This document shows positions 8,658 to 19,016 of a stretch of 64,000 bases of DNA, piece after piece. A program made the translations under genes and the position numbers. Where the stretch lies: the IMG/VR virus record IMGVR_UViG_3300044986_000731, positions 1-64,000 of that record. One strand, given 5' to 3'. Each line of letters opens with the position of its first letter. The stretch's first letter is position 1. The notes below the pieces were generated by a model that saw only the letters and a list, made by a program, of their open reading frames with translations, had not been told where the DNA came from and did not search any database. Source of the stretch: a virus.

Positions 8658-10030
8658 TCAAGCCGTTTCGTCACCAACTCGAAGAGGCCGACATGATCCG
8701 CCGCAGGCCAGCATGCCTGATCGCTGCGGACATGGGCACAGGCAAGAGTTACGCCACGCTGCTCGGCTTGCGAGAGCAGCGGTGCATCCTGATCGCGTGC
8801 CCAATCGCAGTCGGTGCGGCGTGGGTCAAGCAAATCGAGATGTTCGACGCAGACCGCACGGCCGTGCTGCTCGTGGACGGCACGACGGCAAGCCGAGCGG
8901 CGAGGCTCGCGAAGGTCGCCGGTGACCGGCCACTCGCCGTGATCGTGAACTACGACGCCGTGTCTCGCGCGGGGTCGGCGCTCGGGAAGGCGGTCGCGGC
9001 TCGCAAGTGGGATGCGATCGTGCTCGACGAGTCTCACCGCGTCAAAAGTCACACTGGAAAGGCGAGCAAGTATTTCTTCTCGCTCGCAAAGGCGAATCCG
9101 GGTGCGAAGCGAATATGCCTGAGCGGCACGCCGACGCCGCACAGCCCGCTGGACTGGTGGTCGCAGTTTCGCTTTCTCGACCCGGCCATCCTCGGCGAAA
9201 ACTTCACGGCTTTCCGTAACCGAGTGGCGATCATGCACCCGTGGGTGAAGGGCTGGGTCACCGGATTCCGGCCAGACGCACTCGCGGCTATGGCGACTCG
9301 CATTGATCCGCTGATCTATCGCGTCCGTGCCGATGACGTGCTCGACTTGCCGGATCAGATACACACGCAGGTTCCTGTGACGCTGCCGCCGAAGAGCCTC
9401 GCGTTCTATCGCGCGATAGAAGACGAGATGATCGCAATCGTCGAGACGGGCGAGGTGGTGTCGGCGCAGAATGCACTCGTGGTCGTGACGAGACTCCAGC
9501 AGGCGACGTCGGGGTTCGCGGTGTCAGAGCAGGGCGACGTCGTGCCCGTGTGTGAGACAAATGCGAAAGCGGCGGCTGTGCGAGACCTGATTGAAGACCT
9601 CGACGAGCCTGTGGTGGTCTTTGCAAAGTTCGTTCACGACCTCGACTGCATCGCAGCCGCTTGCAAGTCTTGCAATCGCAAGAGTCTGGAACTCAGCGGA
9701 CGAAAAAAGGAGTTAGCCGAGTGGCAGTCGGCGACAGGCAATGAGGTGATCGTCGTTCAGCAGCAGGCAGGCGGATGCGGAATCGATTTGACCCGATCGA
9801 GCGCCGGCATATACTTCTCGCTCTCGCACTCGCTCGGCGACTACTCGCAGTCGCTCGCTCGCCTGCGAAGGCCCGGTCAGACACGGACGGTCAGGTACTG
9901 GCACCTCGTCGCATCAGAGACGGTCGACGAGGCGATCTACGCCGCCATCGAGCGGAAAGCCGACATCACGGAAGCGGTCATCTCGCGGCTCACACGGAGG
10001 GTTACTGGCAATGCTCGTCGCCACAAATAG
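8654..10030 (+). CDS. SNF2-family (SF2) helicase
   Basis: ADMGTGKS (motif I), LDESH (II), LSGTP (III), GIDLT, ARLRRPGQ (VI). Confidence 0.9.
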   Translation: MIKPFRHQLEEADMIRRRPACLIAADMGTGKSYATLLGLREQRCILIACPIAVGAAWVKQIEMFDADRTAVLLVDGTTASRAARLAKVAGDRPLAVIVNYDAVSRAGSALGKAVAARKWDAIVLDESHRVKSHTGKASKYFFSLAKANPGAKRICLSGTPTPHSPLDWWSQFRFLDPAILGENFTAFRNRVAIMHPWVKGWVTGFRPDALAAMATRIDPLIYRVRADDVLDLPDQIHTQVPVTLPPKSLAFYRAIEDEMIAIVETGEVVSAQNALVVVTRLQQATSGFAVSEQGDVVPVCETNAKAAAVRDLIEDLDEPVVVFAKFVHDLDCIAAACKSCNRKSLELSGRKKELAEWQSATGNEVIVVQQQAGGCGIDLTRSSAGIYFSLSHSLGDYSQSLARLRRPGQTRTVRYWHLVASETVDEAIYAAIERKADITEAVISRLTRRVTGNARRHK

Positions 10031-10853
10031 TCTGGAAACGGTACTCACCACGGACGACATGACGAACGAGGCGTATCACGCCGAGCGAGATCACATCTCG
10101 CGTTCGACGGCGTTTCGCTTCGCTGGGCCGCACGGCGCCGTCGCTCAGAAGTTCCACGACGCCGGCGGCGTGATCTTCTCGGGCAACTCGTCCACGGACT
10201 TCGGCTCGGCAGTCGATCGAGCGGTCGGCGCCCTAATGTCTGGAATCGATTACCGCAGCCTCGTCACGGTGTGCCCGCCGGAGTGCCTGACGAGCAACGG
10301 CCAGCGCAGGGGGAAGGCGTACGAGCAGTGGAAGCAAAGCATCTCGGCTGATGCCATCGAGGTCAGTGCGAGTGACGCGACGAAGGTCGACGCGATGATC
10401 GCGTCTCTTCTGGAGCATGACCAAGCGAGATCGCTCATCGAGACCTGCGAAAGTTCGCAGCGGTCGGTGTTCTGGATCGACGACGACGGCCACAAGAGAA
10501 AGGCTCGCGCCGACGGCGTGTCGAAGTCGGGACAGTGGTGGGACTTGAAAACGACTTCTTCCGAGTGGGACGTGATCCGCCACTCGTTCCGCCGGTTCGG
10601 CTACCACTGGCAGGCGGCGTGGTACTCGGACGCGAGAGACGCCGCTGCCGGCGGGCCTCTCGGGTTCGCGTTCCCTTTCGTCGTGATCCAGACGTTCGCG
10701 CCGTTCTGCGTCTCCGTGATCGAGATCACGGAGGACAGCCTCGCGAGAGCACGCGAAGAGATTCGTGAGACGCTCTCGCTCATCAAGACTCGCCGGGAGA
10801 CCGGCGTGTATCTGCCCGCCTCGTATCACGAGACCGTGCGGATCGACGTGTGA
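10011..10853 (+). CDS. RecE/exonuclease VIII-like PD-(D/E)XK nuclease
   Basis: YHA...ISRS, KARAD, DLKTT, YHWQAAWY motifs. Confidence 0.8.
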   Translation: MLVATNSLETVLTTDDMTNEAYHAERDHISRSTAFRFAGPHGAVAQKFHDAGGVIFSGNSSTDFGSAVDRAVGALMSGIDYRSLVTVCPPECLTSNGQRRGKAYEQWKQSISADAIEVSASDATKVDAMIASLLEHDQARSLIETCESSQRSVFWIDDDGHKRKARADGVSKSGQWWDLKTTSSEWDVIRHSFRRFGYHWQAAWYSDARDAAAGGPLGFAFPFVVIQTFAPFCVSVIEITEDSLARAREEIRETLSLIKTRRETGVYLPASYHETVRIDV

Positions 10854-10885
10854 CCCTTGTTTTCCTTTTCTACGGAGGTGTCGAT

Positions 10886-11641
10886 ATGACTGCGATTTCC
10901 ACGACGACCGGGCCGAGCATGGCTGATCTCGCGAGGGCGAACCTCGGCGAGGACGCCTCGCTGACGGCGAAAGACCTGACGCGGATCAAGATTCCTGCCG
11001 GCGGCTCCACGATCTGGACGTGGTCCGAGCAGGGCGAGGACCGCAGCGACAAGAGCCTCGTCGGCCGTCTCGTCGTCGTCTGCCGCGAGGAGCAGATTCT
11101 CTGGCCCTCGCTTCAGGCGACGACCGGAAGTCCTCCCCTAATGACCGCGCACGGGCAACTCGCCGTGCGGCAGGGCAGCGACTACGGCGACCTCGACGCC
11201 GAAGTCATCGAGGCGGCTCGTCGGGACGACGGTCTGTACGACACGGCGAAAATCCCGTACTTCTCGTGGGTGAACAACACCTGCCGCGCGAAGTCTCGTC
11301 GCGTCGTTGGTCTGCTGCGTGAGGGCGACGTCCTGCCGGTGTTCGTCTCGCTCCCGGGCACCTCGCTCCGCGCGATGAACACGCTGCTGCGTGAGATCAC
11401 GAAGCGTGGCCTGTACCACTGGCAGGCCACGGTGGAACTGGTGCTGGAGCGACGCAAGGGATCGCGGTCCGACTACAGCGTCCTCTCCGAGTCGCGGTGC
11501 CGCGTCGTCAGCGAAGACCGGTCGGCTGAGAGCGTGACCTTCAAGTCTCGCTACACCGACGTGTTCACCACGGTGGTCTGCCCACCGCTGGAGTCGCGAG
11601 TGCGTTCCGTCGCGGCGATCTCCAGCGACGTGCCGTTCTGA
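10886..11641 (+). CDS. putative ssDNA-binding/annealing protein
   Basis: RIKIPAGG motif; C-terminal DVPF tail; lies between exonuclease and primase; GGAGG RBS. Confidence 0.6.
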   Translation: MTAISTTTGPSMADLARANLGEDASLTAKDLTRIKIPAGGSTIWTWSEQGEDRSDKSLVGRLVVVCREEQILWPSLQATTGSPPLMTAHGQLAVRQGSDYGDLDAEVIEAARRDDGLYDTAKIPYFSWVNNTCRAKSRRVVGLLREGDVLPVFVSLPGTSLRAMNTLLREITKRGLYHWQATVELVLERRKGSRSDYSVLSESRCRVVSEDRSAESVTFKSRYTDVFTTVVCPPLESRVRSVAAISSDVPF

Positions 11642-11678
11642 GCCTGAGCCTGCCTCGCACGCAGCGAAAGGGCTTCAC

Positions 11679-11714
11679 AACCCCCGGCGGTGATCATGCC
11701 GCCGGGGGTTTTCT
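11679..11714 (+). terminator. Rho-independent terminator
   Basis: AACCCCCGGCGG-TGATCATG-CCGCCGGGGGTT followed by TTCT. Confidence 0.75.
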
Positions 11715-11743
11715 CTCTCACGACTGACACGGAGGCAGTCTGC

Positions 11744-13405
11744 ATGTCCAGCAGTGACTACGACGTTGACTCTCTTTTCAAGTCGGCCTCGTCGCTCGGC
11801 GCGAGAGGCTGGAAGATCGTCCGACTCTACGGTGTCACGTCGCAGGGAAAGTGCACCTGCGACAAGGGTTCGGCCTGCACAACACCGGGCAAGCACCCGT
11901 CGAGCGGCGTCGGCTGGCAACACCGAGCGACCGACTCGGAGGACGAGATCGAGAGATTCTTCACGGGGGACGGCAGGCAGAACGAACTCGAACGTGTGAA
12001 CATCGGCGTGCGTCTCGGGCCGACGAGCGGCATCGTAGACCTAGAGTATGACGACGAGCGAGGCGAGGAGGACATCCGCCGCTGGGGCCTCGACGCGATA
12101 GACACCCCCGCGTACACGTCGGGTCGCGGCATCCACCGCATCTTCCGCTGGGCGTCTTGGATGCCGACCGAGACTGCCGTCCTCAAGGCAGGCTCGATCG
12201 AGGTGAGGCTGGGCGGCGGAGACCGCGCTCTCCAGTCGGTGGTGCCACCGTCTCGTCATCACTCGGGAAGAAACTACGCATGGCTCCCCGGCCGCTCGCC
12301 CGATGACATCCCGCCGGCTGAGATACCGCAGGCGTTCCGCGACGAGTTACTGCGGCTCAACGCAGGCAAGGCCACGAGCGGTGCTATTGCGAGGGCAAAA
12401 AGGACGGTCGCCGCAGGACGAAAATGCGGAGTGGGCGAGCGGCATGACTTCCTCGTAGGCATGGCTTCTTACCACTCAGGCCGGTGCCACAAGTTCAATG
12501 ACGCCGAGTACACGATCGTGTATCACACTATGCTCGCGCTGAACGCATATCACTGCGATCCGCCGAAGGCCGACGACGAGGTCGCCACGATATCGAGATC
12601 GCAGTTCGAGCACTATCGGCTCAGGAAGGAAGCCCGGCGGCGAGGCAACACGTACGAGCGGTACGGGTTGGAGTACTCGCACGAAGATCGGTGCTGGACC
12701 CCGGGGTCGTGGCGGGCGACGATCGTCCGCAGCCAGCCGCCGATCTACAAACTGTACATTCCGAACGCCGACGCCCCGAGCGACCCACCTCACTGCGTGA
12801 GGCTCACCGTCGAGCAGTGGAACAACGCGAGAGACACGGCGTGCGCCGTCCAGAAGGTCGCGCCGAGAGTCACGCTCCTCGATCCATCGTCGGCGAGGTG
12901 GAACGCGACGTGGTCAGGCATGTCCGTGAAGGACGATCTCGGCAACTACACGGACATCCGAGGCATCGCGGCCATTCTCGCCGAGGAGGCCGACGAGGAG
13001 GCTGCTCCGAGCGAGTACTCCGTGATCGCGAGACATGCTGGCATATTGCTCGCGTATCTGAACGGGTTCGTCGCCGCAGAGAGCGAGAGCGAGGACGACA
13101 AGGCACCGAACTCGAACGGCGTGCCGAAATGGATTCGCGACGACGAGACAGGCGAGTGGGTGCTCTGGCTGCGGTGGCATGAGACTCTCGACCATGCCGA
13201 GCGTCGTCAGGGCAACTACCGGATCGGCGACGCCGAGCGTGCGATCCTCGCCGAGGAGATTCGCCGCCGAGCGGGACTCAAGGAAATCCCGAGCGGACGT
13301 CCGCCGAAAAACATCAAGCCTCGATCGCGGTACTGGCTGTTCTCTCGCGGCATCGTCGATGCGGTGCGGTCGATCGTCGGTGAGTCTGCGGAGGACGAGG
13401 CATGA
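11744..13405 (+). CDS. bifunctional primase/polymerase (Prim-Pol, AEP) with PriCT-like domain
   Basis: CxC...C..PGKHP, NIG, DLEYD, TSGRGIH, VVPPSRH motifs; GERHDFL...CDPP..DDEV..I PriCT pattern. Confidence 0.85.
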   Translation: MSSSDYDVDSLFKSASSLGARGWKIVRLYGVTSQGKCTCDKGSACTTPGKHPSSGVGWQHRATDSEDEIERFFTGDGRQNELERVNIGVRLGPTSGIVDLEYDDERGEEDIRRWGLDAIDTPAYTSGRGIHRIFRWASWMPTETAVLKAGSIEVRLGGGDRALQSVVPPSRHHSGRNYAWLPGRSPDDIPPAEIPQAFRDELLRLNAGKATSGAIARAKRTVAAGRKCGVGERHDFLVGMASYHSGRCHKFNDAEYTIVYHTMLALNAYHCDPPKADDEVATISRSQFEHYRLRKEARRRGNTYERYGLEYSHEDRCWTPGSWRATIVRSQPPIYKLYIPNADAPSDPPHCVRLTVEQWNNARDTACAVQKVAPRVTLLDPSSARWNATWSGMSVKDDLGNYTDIRGIAAILAEEADEEAAPSEYSVIARHAGILLAYLNGFVAAESESEDDKAPNSNGVPKWIRDDETGEWVLWLRWHETLDHAERRQGNYRIGDAERAILAEEIRRRAGLKEIPSGRPPKNIKPRSRYWLFSRGIVDAVRSIVGESAEDEA

Positions 13406-15078
13406 CGACGAAGCCGAAGGTCACACGCACGATCGGCGGTCCGGGCACCGGCAAGACACGGCTGATCCTCAGCCAACTCACGGCCGCGAGAGATGAGATG
13501 CGGCTCGCGACGGACGAGGTCGCCCTGTGCACGTTCTCGGTCGCAGGCCGTGCCGAGATCAGCGAGCGTGCGTCTCGCGAGTGGGGCGTCGGTGTAGAGA
13601 CGCTCACGCGAGACGGGTGGTTTCGTACGGCGCACTCGATTGCATACAAGCAGTGCGAGACTCGCAGAGGCCAGTTGATCAGCGAATCGGACACTGAGTG
13701 GCTCGCGGCTGCCGTCGGCGCGAAGATCGGCGTGGCGATGGACGAGCGAGGTGAGCGTCGGTACATGCAGGGCGCCGACGACACTCCCGTGACGCTCGCA
13801 CTCACGGCATGGGACGTCGCGAGAAACATGTGCGTGCCGCTTCGACGAGTCGTGTCACGGATCAACCTCCAGACACCGGGCTGCCAGATCGACGAGGACG
13901 GCGCGAAGCGAGTGATCGAGCGATACGAGTCCGCGAAGCGTCGCGAGGACCGGCTCGACTTCGTCGACCTCATCAGCGCATTCGCCGGCATCAGGCACAC
14001 GGTGGAAGGCTCGTCGCCGTGCGAGCCTGTGGGAGACGTCCCCGAGTCGATCCGTGTTTTGGCCGTCGACGAGGCGCAGGACTCTTCTCGTCTGGTCGAT
14101 GCCGTCTGCCGTAGACTGGCTTACGGAGGCAATGTCGAGCGAGTCTATATCACTGGCGACCCATTTCAATCGTGCCACGGATTTGCTGGCGGCGACTACC
14201 GGCTGTTTCTCGGCTGGGAAGTCGACGAAGAGTGCGTGATGCCGCAGAGTTACCGCTGCCCGCCCGAGGTCATGCGGCTGGGGGAATCATGCCTGCGACG
14301 CATGAGGCAGGGCTACCGCGACAGGAAGATCAACCCGGCGACGCACGTCGGACGGGTTCGCTCGTTTATGTCGGCCGAGGAGGCCATGCGGGGCATCAAC
14401 GCGGACACGTCTACGCTCGTGCTCGGCCGGTGCGTCCACTCACTGTCTGGATACCTGCACTATCTCGACTCGCACTCGCTCCCGTGGTCGTGGGCGTCTT
14501 CGAGTGCGTCGAGCGACGCAAACTCTGGATACCGTGCCCTGTACGACCTGTCTCGCGGGATGCCCGTGTCGGGCGACTCGTGGAGAGCCGCCATCGCGAT
14601 GCTGTCGGTGAGAAGCGAGGAGCACGGAGAGTTGCTCGCGAGGGGGGAGAAGGCCGCGTGGCAGGACGGCCGTCGCCGGCACATCGACGTCGCGAGGCCA
14701 TGCGAGGAGGACTACGGGCTGCTCGGAGTCCAGCCGGCGCTCCGATCGCTGATCGAGTCCGGGCGTTGGACTTTTGCCGTCGATCCACGACGCCGCGATC
14801 GCGCCGTGAAGTGGCTCGCGGTCGCGGAGAAGCACGGCCCGGACCTCGCAGGGAGTCCACGTATCCGCGTGTCGACCATACACGGCGCGAAGGGGCTGGA
14901 GGCCGACCTCGTGGTCATGTCGTCACGCACGAGCGCGGCTGTCGAGCGTGGCCGAGACCTTTTCGAGGAGTCGCACGATGAGGAGTGCCGTCTCGCCTAC
15001 GTAGGCGTGACGCGAGCGAGGTACGAGTTCCGGTACGCAGACGAGGGCGGCTCGCAGAGCATGCAGTTGCCCCTCTGA
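13402..15078 (+). CDS. UvrD/Rep-like SF1 helicase
   Basis: GGPGTGKT, TAHS, VDEAQD, GDPFQS, QSYRCP, STIHGAKGLEAD, YVGVTRAR. Confidence 0.9.
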   Translation: MTTKPKVTRTIGGPGTGKTRLILSQLTAARDEMRLATDEVALCTFSVAGRAEISERASREWGVGVETLTRDGWFRTAHSIAYKQCETRRGQLISESDTEWLAAAVGAKIGVAMDERGERRYMQGADDTPVTLALTAWDVARNMCVPLRRVVSRINLQTPGCQIDEDGAKRVIERYESAKRREDRLDFVDLISAFAGIRHTVEGSSPCEPVGDVPESIRVLAVDEAQDSSRLVDAVCRRLAYGGNVERVYITGDPFQSCHGFAGGDYRLFLGWEVDEECVMPQSYRCPPEVMRLGESCLRRMRQGYRDRKINPATHVGRVRSFMSAEEAMRGINADTSTLVLGRCVHSLSGYLHYLDSHSLPWSWASSSASSDANSGYRALYDLSRGMPVSGDSWRAAIAMLSVRSEEHGELLARGEKAAWQDGRRRHIDVARPCEEDYGLLGVQPALRSLIESGRWTFAVDPRRRDRAVKWLAVAEKHGPDLAGSPRIRVSTIHGAKGLEADLVVMSSRTSAAVERGRDLFEESHDEECRLAYVGVTRARYEFRYADEGGSQSMQLPL

Positions 15079-15092
15079 CATGGAGGTCAGGC

Positions 15093-15842
15093 ATGCGTGG
15101 CATCATGTTCGCGGTGGCTGCTGCTCTGTTCGCATTGATCGCCGAGGCGGGCACGATCCAGCCCGGCAGGAAGGACTCTGAGCACATCGAGTACGGGTCT
15201 CGGTTCCATTCCGTCGCGAGGATACGGTGCCGTGAGATCGAGAGCGGAGCGTGGCAGTCTGCGTCGTGCGTGCTCGTCTCGGAGCGTACGGCACTCACGG
15301 CCGCGCATGTGGTTGTTGGCACGGACCAATGGCAGGTGTCCACGCCTTCTGGCGAATGGGTCGCCGCGACGTGGGTGGTCATGCACCCGCAGTTCAACCG
15401 TGAGAAGCCCGGTTCGTTCGACGTCGCAGTCGTGCGTCTCAATGATGCGATCGAGATCGACTACTACCCAGCGATCTACGAGGGCGACGACGAGCAGGGG
15501 CAGGTGTGCAGTCTCGCCGGTTACGGGATCACGGGAAGCATGGTCACAGGACACACGATCTCGGACGGCATCCGTCGAGGTGGCTCGAACATCGTCGAGG
15601 AGATCGAGCACGGCGTGCTCGTGTGCACCGCAGGCGGGAGGCCGACGCAACTGGAGTTCTGCATCGCACCCGGAGACTCGGGCGGCGGGCTGTTTCTCGG
15701 GCGGTACCTCGCAGGCATCCATTCTTTCGTTTCGGCGACGGGAAGATTGCCAAAGTCGCGATACGGTGACGAGTCGGCTCACACTCGGCTGTCGCCCCCG
15801 GAGATGAGGTCATGGATCAGCGAGACAGCGTCGCGAAAGTAG
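15093..15842 (+). CDS. secreted trypsin-like (S1) serine protease
   Basis: signal-peptide-like N-terminus; catalytic triad motifs LTAAHV, FDVAVV, PGDSGG. Confidence 0.85.
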   Translation: MRGIMFAVAAALFALIAEAGTIQPGRKDSEHIEYGSRFHSVARIRCREIESGAWQSASCVLVSERTALTAAHVVVGTDQWQVSTPSGEWVAATWVVMHPQFNREKPGSFDVAVVRLNDAIEIDYYPAIYEGDDEQGQVCSLAGYGITGSMVTGHTISDGIRRGGSNIVEEIEHGVLVCTAGGRPTQLEFCIAPGDSGGGLFLGRYLAGIHSFVSATGRLPKSRYGDESAHTRLSPPEMRSWISETASRK

Positions 15843-16324
15843 CGGGCCTGCTCTTCGACGTGTCCCCAGAGGACGACGCGCCGAAGAAGAAGTCGAAGAA
15901 GAAGAAGCCGGCCGAGGCCGTCGCAGTGGTTCGAGAAGCGAGGCCTGCGGACCTTCTGCCGAAGGCGATTGAGTTCGTCGCGACTGCCGTTGATGAGGCG
16001 AGGTGCCCTGCATGCGGGTGCTGCGGCGACATCGACGTCGCAGAGCGTGGCATGTGGCGGGTGATCTGCGGTTGGTCGTGCGGCCTCGCGTGGTGGCAGC
16101 CGGCCGTAGCAGGAGTCTTGGAGAGGATCGAGTCTCTGAAGATGGATGACCTACGGAAAGCAGACCCGGGCCACCATGTCGTGCGCAGTGGAAGATTCTG
16201 CAACAAGACTTTGCGAGAGTTGTGGGAGAGCGAGCACAGGTGGTACGTCGAGTGGGCAGCGACGAACGCGACGAGTGAGTTCGATCGAAACGCGGCACGA
16301 GATTTTTTGTCGCGTGTCGGTTGA
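15812..16324 (+). CDS. Zn-ribbon protein with C-terminal G-x-F-x-x-K-T-L-x-E-L motif
   Basis: CPAC, CGWSC; SGRFCNKTLRELW...WYVEWA. Confidence 0.55.
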   Translation: MDQRDSVAKVAGLLFDVSPEDDAPKKKSKKKKPAEAVAVVREARPADLLPKAIEFVATAVDEARCPACGCCGDIDVAERGMWRVICGWSCGLAWWQPAVAGVLERIESLKMDDLRKADPGHHVVRSGRFCNKTLRELWESEHRWYVEWAATNATSEFDRNAARDFLSRVG

Positions 16325-16650
16325 CGATCGCTGTCTGGATACGCTACCCTGCCGCCTTCCAAGGATGGGACGCTCCGGCGGGCCACATGGACGGTGGCTC
16401 GCCGGAGTTGTTTTTCGCGAAGGGTGATCGCGTGATCGAAGGCGACCTTCAGCCGCAGTCGACGACCCAGCGAGTGGTGCCTGCGTTCTATGGCGGGCCG
16501 TGGGACGGACTCGTCGACGAGAAGCCGATTGACGTGAGCAACGTGCTCGGCACCGTCCGCGCGAGGCACGGAACCTATCAACTCAGCGGGTTTCGTCCGA
16601 CCAACAAGTACGACCGTGCGGTGTACGTGTGGGAGGCGAAGAATGGATAA
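16321..16650 (+). CDS. hypothetical protein
   Basis: fills the gap with overlaps at both ends; FYGGPWDG motif. Confidence 0.5.
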   Translation: MTIAVWIRYPAAFQGWDAPAGHMDGGSPELFFAKGDRVIEGDLQPQSTTQRVVPAFYGGPWDGLVDEKPIDVSNVLGTVRARHGTYQLSGFRPTNKYDRAVYVWEAKNG

Positions 16651-16900
16651 CCCAATAGTCGAAGAACTCCGCGAAGCGAACCCCGACGCCCTACTCGCAG
16701 ATGGCCTCGAAGAAGCGCTGATCGGATACACGATCAACACGCATTTTCAGCATGTCGCCGTCTACTCGACTCGGAAGTGCGTCGAGATTCTCGTGGGTCG
16801 CGACGGCATGACGCACGAGGAAGCGGAGGAGTTTCTCGAATTCAACACGTACTGCGCGTACGTGGGGCCGCACGGGCCGCTCTATGTCTGGACACGCTAA
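16643..16900 (+). CDS. conserved phage hypothetical protein (paralog of 23640-23921)
   Basis: ADGLEEALIG...AVYS..KCVEIL..DGM..EEAEEF.EFN...AYVG..GP. Confidence 0.75.
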   Translation: MDNPIVEELREANPDALLADGLEEALIGYTINTHFQHVAVYSTRKCVEILVGRDGMTHEEAEEFLEFNTYCAYVGPHGPLYVWTR

Positions 16901-16913
16901 TAGAGGGACGGAT

Positions 16914-17222
16914 ATGCACACGCCTGTGACGGTCGTGGATAGCAAGAAGCAGCGATGGTGGGATTGGCATCGGGCGAACCCGTCTGTCTACGAGTATTTC
17001 GAGCGGTTCACTTTCGAGGCGATTGAAAAGGGGCATCGAAAACTCAGCGCGTGGTTGATCGTCAATCGCATCCGATGGGAAACGACCGTCGTCACGAGCG
17101 GCGGCGACTTCAAGATCAGCAACGACTTCATTGCCTACTACGCCCGTCTGTTCATGCACCTCCATCCAGAACATCGTGGGTTCTTTCGGACGCGGCCAAT
17201 GAAAGGTGAGTCGCTGAAATGA
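16914..17222 (+). CDS. conserved phage hypothetical protein
   Basis: WH.ANP.VYEYF..F...IVNRIRWE...FKISN...AYYARLF. Confidence 0.75.
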   Translation: MHTPVTVVDSKKQRWWDWHRANPSVYEYFERFTFEAIEKGHRKLSAWLIVNRIRWETTVVTSGGDFKISNDFIAYYARLFMHLHPEHRGFFRTRPMKGESLK

Positions 17223-17950
17223 GCCACACCATCCACACCGGCGACTGCCTCGAAGTCCTGTCGACGATCCCGGCAGCGAGCGTCGACCTCGTCGTAGCCG
17301 ATCCGCCGTACAACATCGGCATCGACTACGGCGAGGGGGCGAAGGCCGACCGTCGCGGCGACTACTGGCCGTGGTGTCGGCAGTGGATATGGCTCTGCGA
17401 TCGCGTGCTCAGGCCGCACGGGTCGCTCTGGATCATCAGCGGGCAGGAGCATGGCGCCGAGATCGACCTCTCGATCCAGTTGCAGGGACTCACGGTCCGC
17501 AACCGCATCACATGGCATGAGACGTTCGGCGTCTACTGCCACCGGAAATTCGGACGCACGAGCAGGCCGATCTACTACGCGGTGAAAGACCCGCATCACT
17601 TCACGTTCAACCGCGAGGCTGTGCTCGTGCCGTCCGCGAGACAGACGAAGTATCGAGATCGCCGTGCCGCTGCCGGCGGCAAAATCATGGGCGACGTCTG
17701 GGAGATACCTCGCGTGTGCGGCACGTTCGGCGAGCGAGTCGCCGGCGTACCGACGCAACTGCCGCTCTCGCTCGTCGAGCGGATCATTCGCGTGTCGAGC
17801 AACCCGGGCGACACCGTGCTCGATCCGTTCGCCGGCTCAGGCACGACGCTCGTTGCCGCTCAGAGCCTCGGCCGTGAGGCAATCGGCATCGAGAAGAGCG
17901 AGTCATACGCGGACATCGCGAGAGGTCGCCTGCTGGAGGCAGCGTCGTGA
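17219..17950 (+). CDS. DNA N6-adenine/N4-cytosine methyltransferase (beta class)
   Basis: GDCLE, ADPPY near the N-terminus; DPFAGSGTT near the C-terminus. Confidence 0.9.
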   Translation: MSHTIHTGDCLEVLSTIPAASVDLVVADPPYNIGIDYGEGAKADRRGDYWPWCRQWIWLCDRVLRPHGSLWIISGQEHGAEIDLSIQLQGLTVRNRITWHETFGVYCHRKFGRTSRPIYYAVKDPHHFTFNREAVLVPSARQTKYRDRRAAAGGKIMGDVWEIPRVCGTFGERVAGVPTQLPLSLVERIIRVSSNPGDTVLDPFAGSGTTLVAAQSLGREAIGIEKSESYADIARGRLLEAAS

Positions 17951-18693
17951 ACCTCAAGACTCTCGCAGTGAAAACGAAGACCGCGTTTGAGGCTGCCGGC
18001 CTGCTCGCGGAAAAGGAGAACCCGTTCTCAACGAACAAGGTGACGCGGCACTCGATCAACTATCCGATCACCTCGACGTGCAAGCCCACAACCGTGTGCG
18101 GGAAGACGTGCTACTTCGGCGCAGGCCCGTCTACGTGGCCCGCGTCGCTCCAGAAGCAGGCCCGTCTGTACAACTCGACGGTCGACGACCCGGCGGGCAC
18201 TGCCGAGAGGATCGTGGAGTGGACCCGCAGGCTGCGGCTCTCGTTTGTTCGGTGGAACGGCGGAGGAGACCTCTTCGCCGAGAGCGTCGAGTGCATCAAC
18301 GCCGCAGCCGCCGCGATGCCGGACGTCCCGCAGTGGGTGGTGACGCGGCTGGCCGACCATGCGGTCAAGATTGAGCCTCGCGCGAACGTGTACGTGCACT
18401 TCTCGCTCGACCGATCATCGTGGGATCGAGTCGAGGGAATGTATGGATACGCAGGCCAGTGGTTCTGGTCGTATCAGTGCGATGCCGGAGAGCAGCCGCC
18501 GAAGAGTCTCGCGCCGGTTGTCTTCTATGACCACTACTCCCCCGATGCGGCGACGCCGCTGAACGAGGACGACTGTCCGCTGAATTGTGCGGACACGATC
18601 ACCGACGTGTGTGAGTCGTGCCGACGGTGTTTCGACGGCCGTGCGGTCGCGAGGGCGAAAGAACTGTCGATCGTGCTGAGGAGCAAGACATGA
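17947..18693 (+). CDS. Gp88-like protein
   Basis: TC..T.VC.K.CY, VRWNGGGD, C-terminal CP...C..CRRCF. Confidence 0.6.
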   Translation: MNLKTLAVKTKTAFEAAGLLAEKENPFSTNKVTRHSINYPITSTCKPTTVCGKTCYFGAGPSTWPASLQKQARLYNSTVDDPAGTAERIVEWTRRLRLSFVRWNGGGDLFAESVECINAAAAAMPDVPQWVVTRLADHAVKIEPRANVYVHFSLDRSSWDRVEGMYGYAGQWFWSYQCDAGEQPPKSLAPVVFYDHYSPDAATPLNEDDCPLNCADTITDVCESCRRCFDGRAVARAKELSIVLRSKT

Positions 18694-19016
18694 AACGAGT
18701 GATCTTCCTGAGTGTGGTCTGCCTCGGTTGCGCGAAGCCGCCGCAGGAGGCCCCGAGGCTCGCGCCTTCGCCTACTCCCGCCGGCATCGTCGTCGAGGCT
18801 GATGCCGGGTACGAGGCCGGGTGGCAACGCGGGTACGAGGCGTATATCGAGCAGGTCGGCCTCCCGGGAACGCCGCATCCGACCGCCACGTACACGTCGC
18901 AACCGGCCGCGATGAACGCCGAGCAGTCGAAGGCCGCAGAAGCCGGCTACGTCGACGGCTACCACCGTGCATCCGAGTCGCTGGTCTGTCCATATGCAGG
19001 AGCAAAGCACCGATGA
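18690..19016 (+). CDS. putative lipoprotein
   Basis: MKRVIFLSVVCLGC lipobox-like start; GY..G repeats. Confidence 0.55.
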   Translation: MKRVIFLSVVCLGCAKPPQEAPRLAPSPTPAGIVVEADAGYEAGWQRGYEAYIEQVGLPGTPHPTATYTSQPAAMNAEQSKAAEAGYVDGYHRASESLVCPYAGAKHR

